DNA from: Anaerolineales bacterium UBA2200
GTDB lineage: Bacteria > Chloroflexota > Anaerolineae > UBA2200
Length of the DNA: 64,000 bases
Direction of reading: 5' to 3'
Assembly (NCBI GenBank): GCA_002327925.1
Contig: DCVA01000036.1
Location: forward strand, 3,811-67,810
Shown here: positions 62,684 to 64,000 of the stretch, in pieces
Position numbering within the stretch: position 1 is the stretch's first letter
How the letters are laid out: each line of letters starts with the position of its first letter
Position numbers and translations under genes: made by a program
The notes under the pieces: model-generated
The model's database searches: none
Seen by the model: the letters and a program-made list of their open reading frames with translations, nothing else
What the model was told of the DNA's origin: nothing

Positions 62684-64000
62684 GCTGGAACTGACCCCTG
62701 CGCAGAAGAGCATCATTCTTGCCCCTGTCGGCAACCCGCGGGCTGTCTTCCTGCACGGACCGGCGGGCTGCGGAAAGACGACCGCCGCAGTTGAGCGCCT
62801 GCGTTACCTGCTGGATATCGGCGTGCGCGGCGACAGCCTTCTGGTGTGGGTACCTCAGCGCTCTCTGGGCAGGCCCTATTCAACAGCCCTGCGCGGACCC
62901 GACGTGCCGGCCGGTCCAACTGTGGATGTGGTCAGCCTGGACGGCCTCGCCCGTCGGACGCTGGAGCTTTTCTGGCCGCTGGTTGCCGCGGATGCCGGTT
63001 TCGACCCATTGCGTTCCCCCACGTTCCTCACGCTCGAGACGACCCAGTACTATCTGGATCAGGTAGTCGAGCCCCTCTACCAGGAGGGCGCCTTCGGAGA
63101 CGTCACCCTTCCCCGCAACCGGCTGATGAGCCAGATCATTGACAACCTCAACAAGGCCGCCCTGGTGGGCTTCGCCCACACGGAGATCGCAAGCCGGCTG
63201 AGCTCTGCCTGGACAGGACCCAGCAGCCGGGAGCGAGTATACGAGGCGGTGCAGCGCGCCGCGACCGGTTTTCGGGACTACTGCCTGGCCCACAACCTGC
63301 TGGACTTTGCGCTCCAGGTGGAGACCTTCATGCGCTTTGTGTGGTCTCGACCAGAGTGCCAGGCGTTTCTCCTGCGCGGCTACCGGCATGTCATTGCTGA
63401 CAATCTCGAGGAGGATATTCCCGTTGCCCACGACCTGCTGCGCGCCTGGGTCAAGCAGGCAGATAGTGCGTTGCTGGTGATGGACGAGGAGGCCGGCTTT
63501 CGCAGTTACCTCGGCGCGGATCCGCGAGGGGCCGCGGCGCTGCGTGACCTCTGCGACCGGGAGGTATTGCTGGACCTGCAGCAGGTCGCGTCTGCTCAGG
63601 TGATGGCCCTCGGCGCGGGGCTGGCGTACTCGTCGCGCTCTCCCCTCCGCCAGGGGCAGACAGCCGCGCCAGACATGGCAGATATGCGGTCAGCGCTTGC
63701 CGTCGACCAATGGCACTTTCACACGGACATGCTTGTTTTTGTGGCGGACGAGGTAGAGAAGCTGGTTCACTCGGCCGGGATTGCCCCCGGGGAGATCGCG
63801 ATCGTCTCCCCGTTTGTCGACGATGCGCTCCGGTTCGCCCTGGTCACTGAGCTGCAGCGCCGGAAGGTGCCGGTCCGCACGCATCGTCCCTCACGCTCAC
63901 TGCGAGAGGAACCGGCCGTGCTGTGTCTGCTGACCCTGGCGCAGCTTGCGCACCCGCACTGGGAGCAGCGTCCGCCTGCCAGCCAGGTCGCCCTCGCCCT
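62676..64000 (+). CDS. Divergent UvrD/SF1 helicase-like protein, truncated by the right edge
   Basis: Not in the ORF track. ATG 62676 overlapping the GT2 stop; LTPAQKSII, LHGPAGCGKTT, LLDFALQVE, HVIADNLEED. Confidence 0.75.
   Translation, partial: MPKLELTPAQKSIILAPVGNPRAVFLHGPAGCGKTTAAVERLRYLLDIGVRGDSLLVWVPQRSLGRPYSTALRGPDVPAGPTVDVVSLDGLARRTLELFWPLVAADAGFDPLRSPTFLTLETTQYYLDQVVEPLYQEGAFGDVTLPRNRLMSQIIDNLNKAALVGFAHTEIASRLSSAWTGPSSRERVYEAVQRAATGFRDYCLAHNLLDFALQVETFMRFVWSRPECQAFLLRGYRHVIADNLEEDIPVAHDLLRAWVKQADSALLVMDEEAGFRSYLGADPRGAAALRDLCDREVLLDLQQVASAQVMALGAGLAYSSRSPLRQGQTAAPDMADMRSALAVDQWHFHTDMLVFVADEVEKLVHSAGIAPGEIAIVSPFVDDALRFALVTELQRRKVPVRTHRPSRSLREEPAVLCLLTLAQLAHPHWEQRPPASQVALA

Noticed and set aside
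1-64000. CRISPR array, tRNA/rRNA genes, IS/transposase, integrase or prophage genes
   Set aside because: No repeat-spacer pattern, cloverleaf or mobile-element motifs seen; intergenic gaps are all under about 230 nt. Judged by eye only.

Overview
GC-rich, gene-dense bacterial chromosomal segment with about 55 CDS. I see no rRNA, tRNA, CRISPR array or mobile element. Thr/Pro-rich linkers, 'LPxx' sorting-like motifs and anaerobe genes (hcp, 2-oxoacid:ferredoxin oxidoreductase gamma subunit) suggest Chloroflexota, probably Anaerolineae-like (inference). Left to right: partial alpha-2-macroglobulin lipoprotein; variant type III pantothenate kinase divergent from an ECF (A-A'-T-S) transporter; PBP1C-like protein; CPBP, site-2 and rhomboid intramembrane proteases; tRNA-processing genes (probable CC-adding enzyme, trmO, ybaK, miaB); galU/galK; a secreted S8 protease; a membrane STAND-like pseudo-ATPase with a beta-propeller; prs-radical SAM-add-pgeF-proC-yggT-yggU; a polyprenol-phosphate-sugar/GT-C glycosylation cluster with a PIG-G/O-like protein; a Crp-regulated ferredoxin-methyltransferase-hcp operon; and a partial divergent SF1 helicase-like gene. 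The best candidate for an undescribed system is 41.7-54.7 kb. It has OppB/OppC-type permeases with no adjacent ATPase or solute-binding protein, and OppC is fused to a dead M28 peptidase. It is followed by a membrane-anchored beta-propeller, a 1614-aa protein with an active/dead/active/dead arrangement of M28 and gluzincin domains, and a papain-fold protein whose catalytic Cys is replaced by Ser in a silicatein-like 'ASY.F' motif. All family calls come from motif recognition by eye; no database searches were run.
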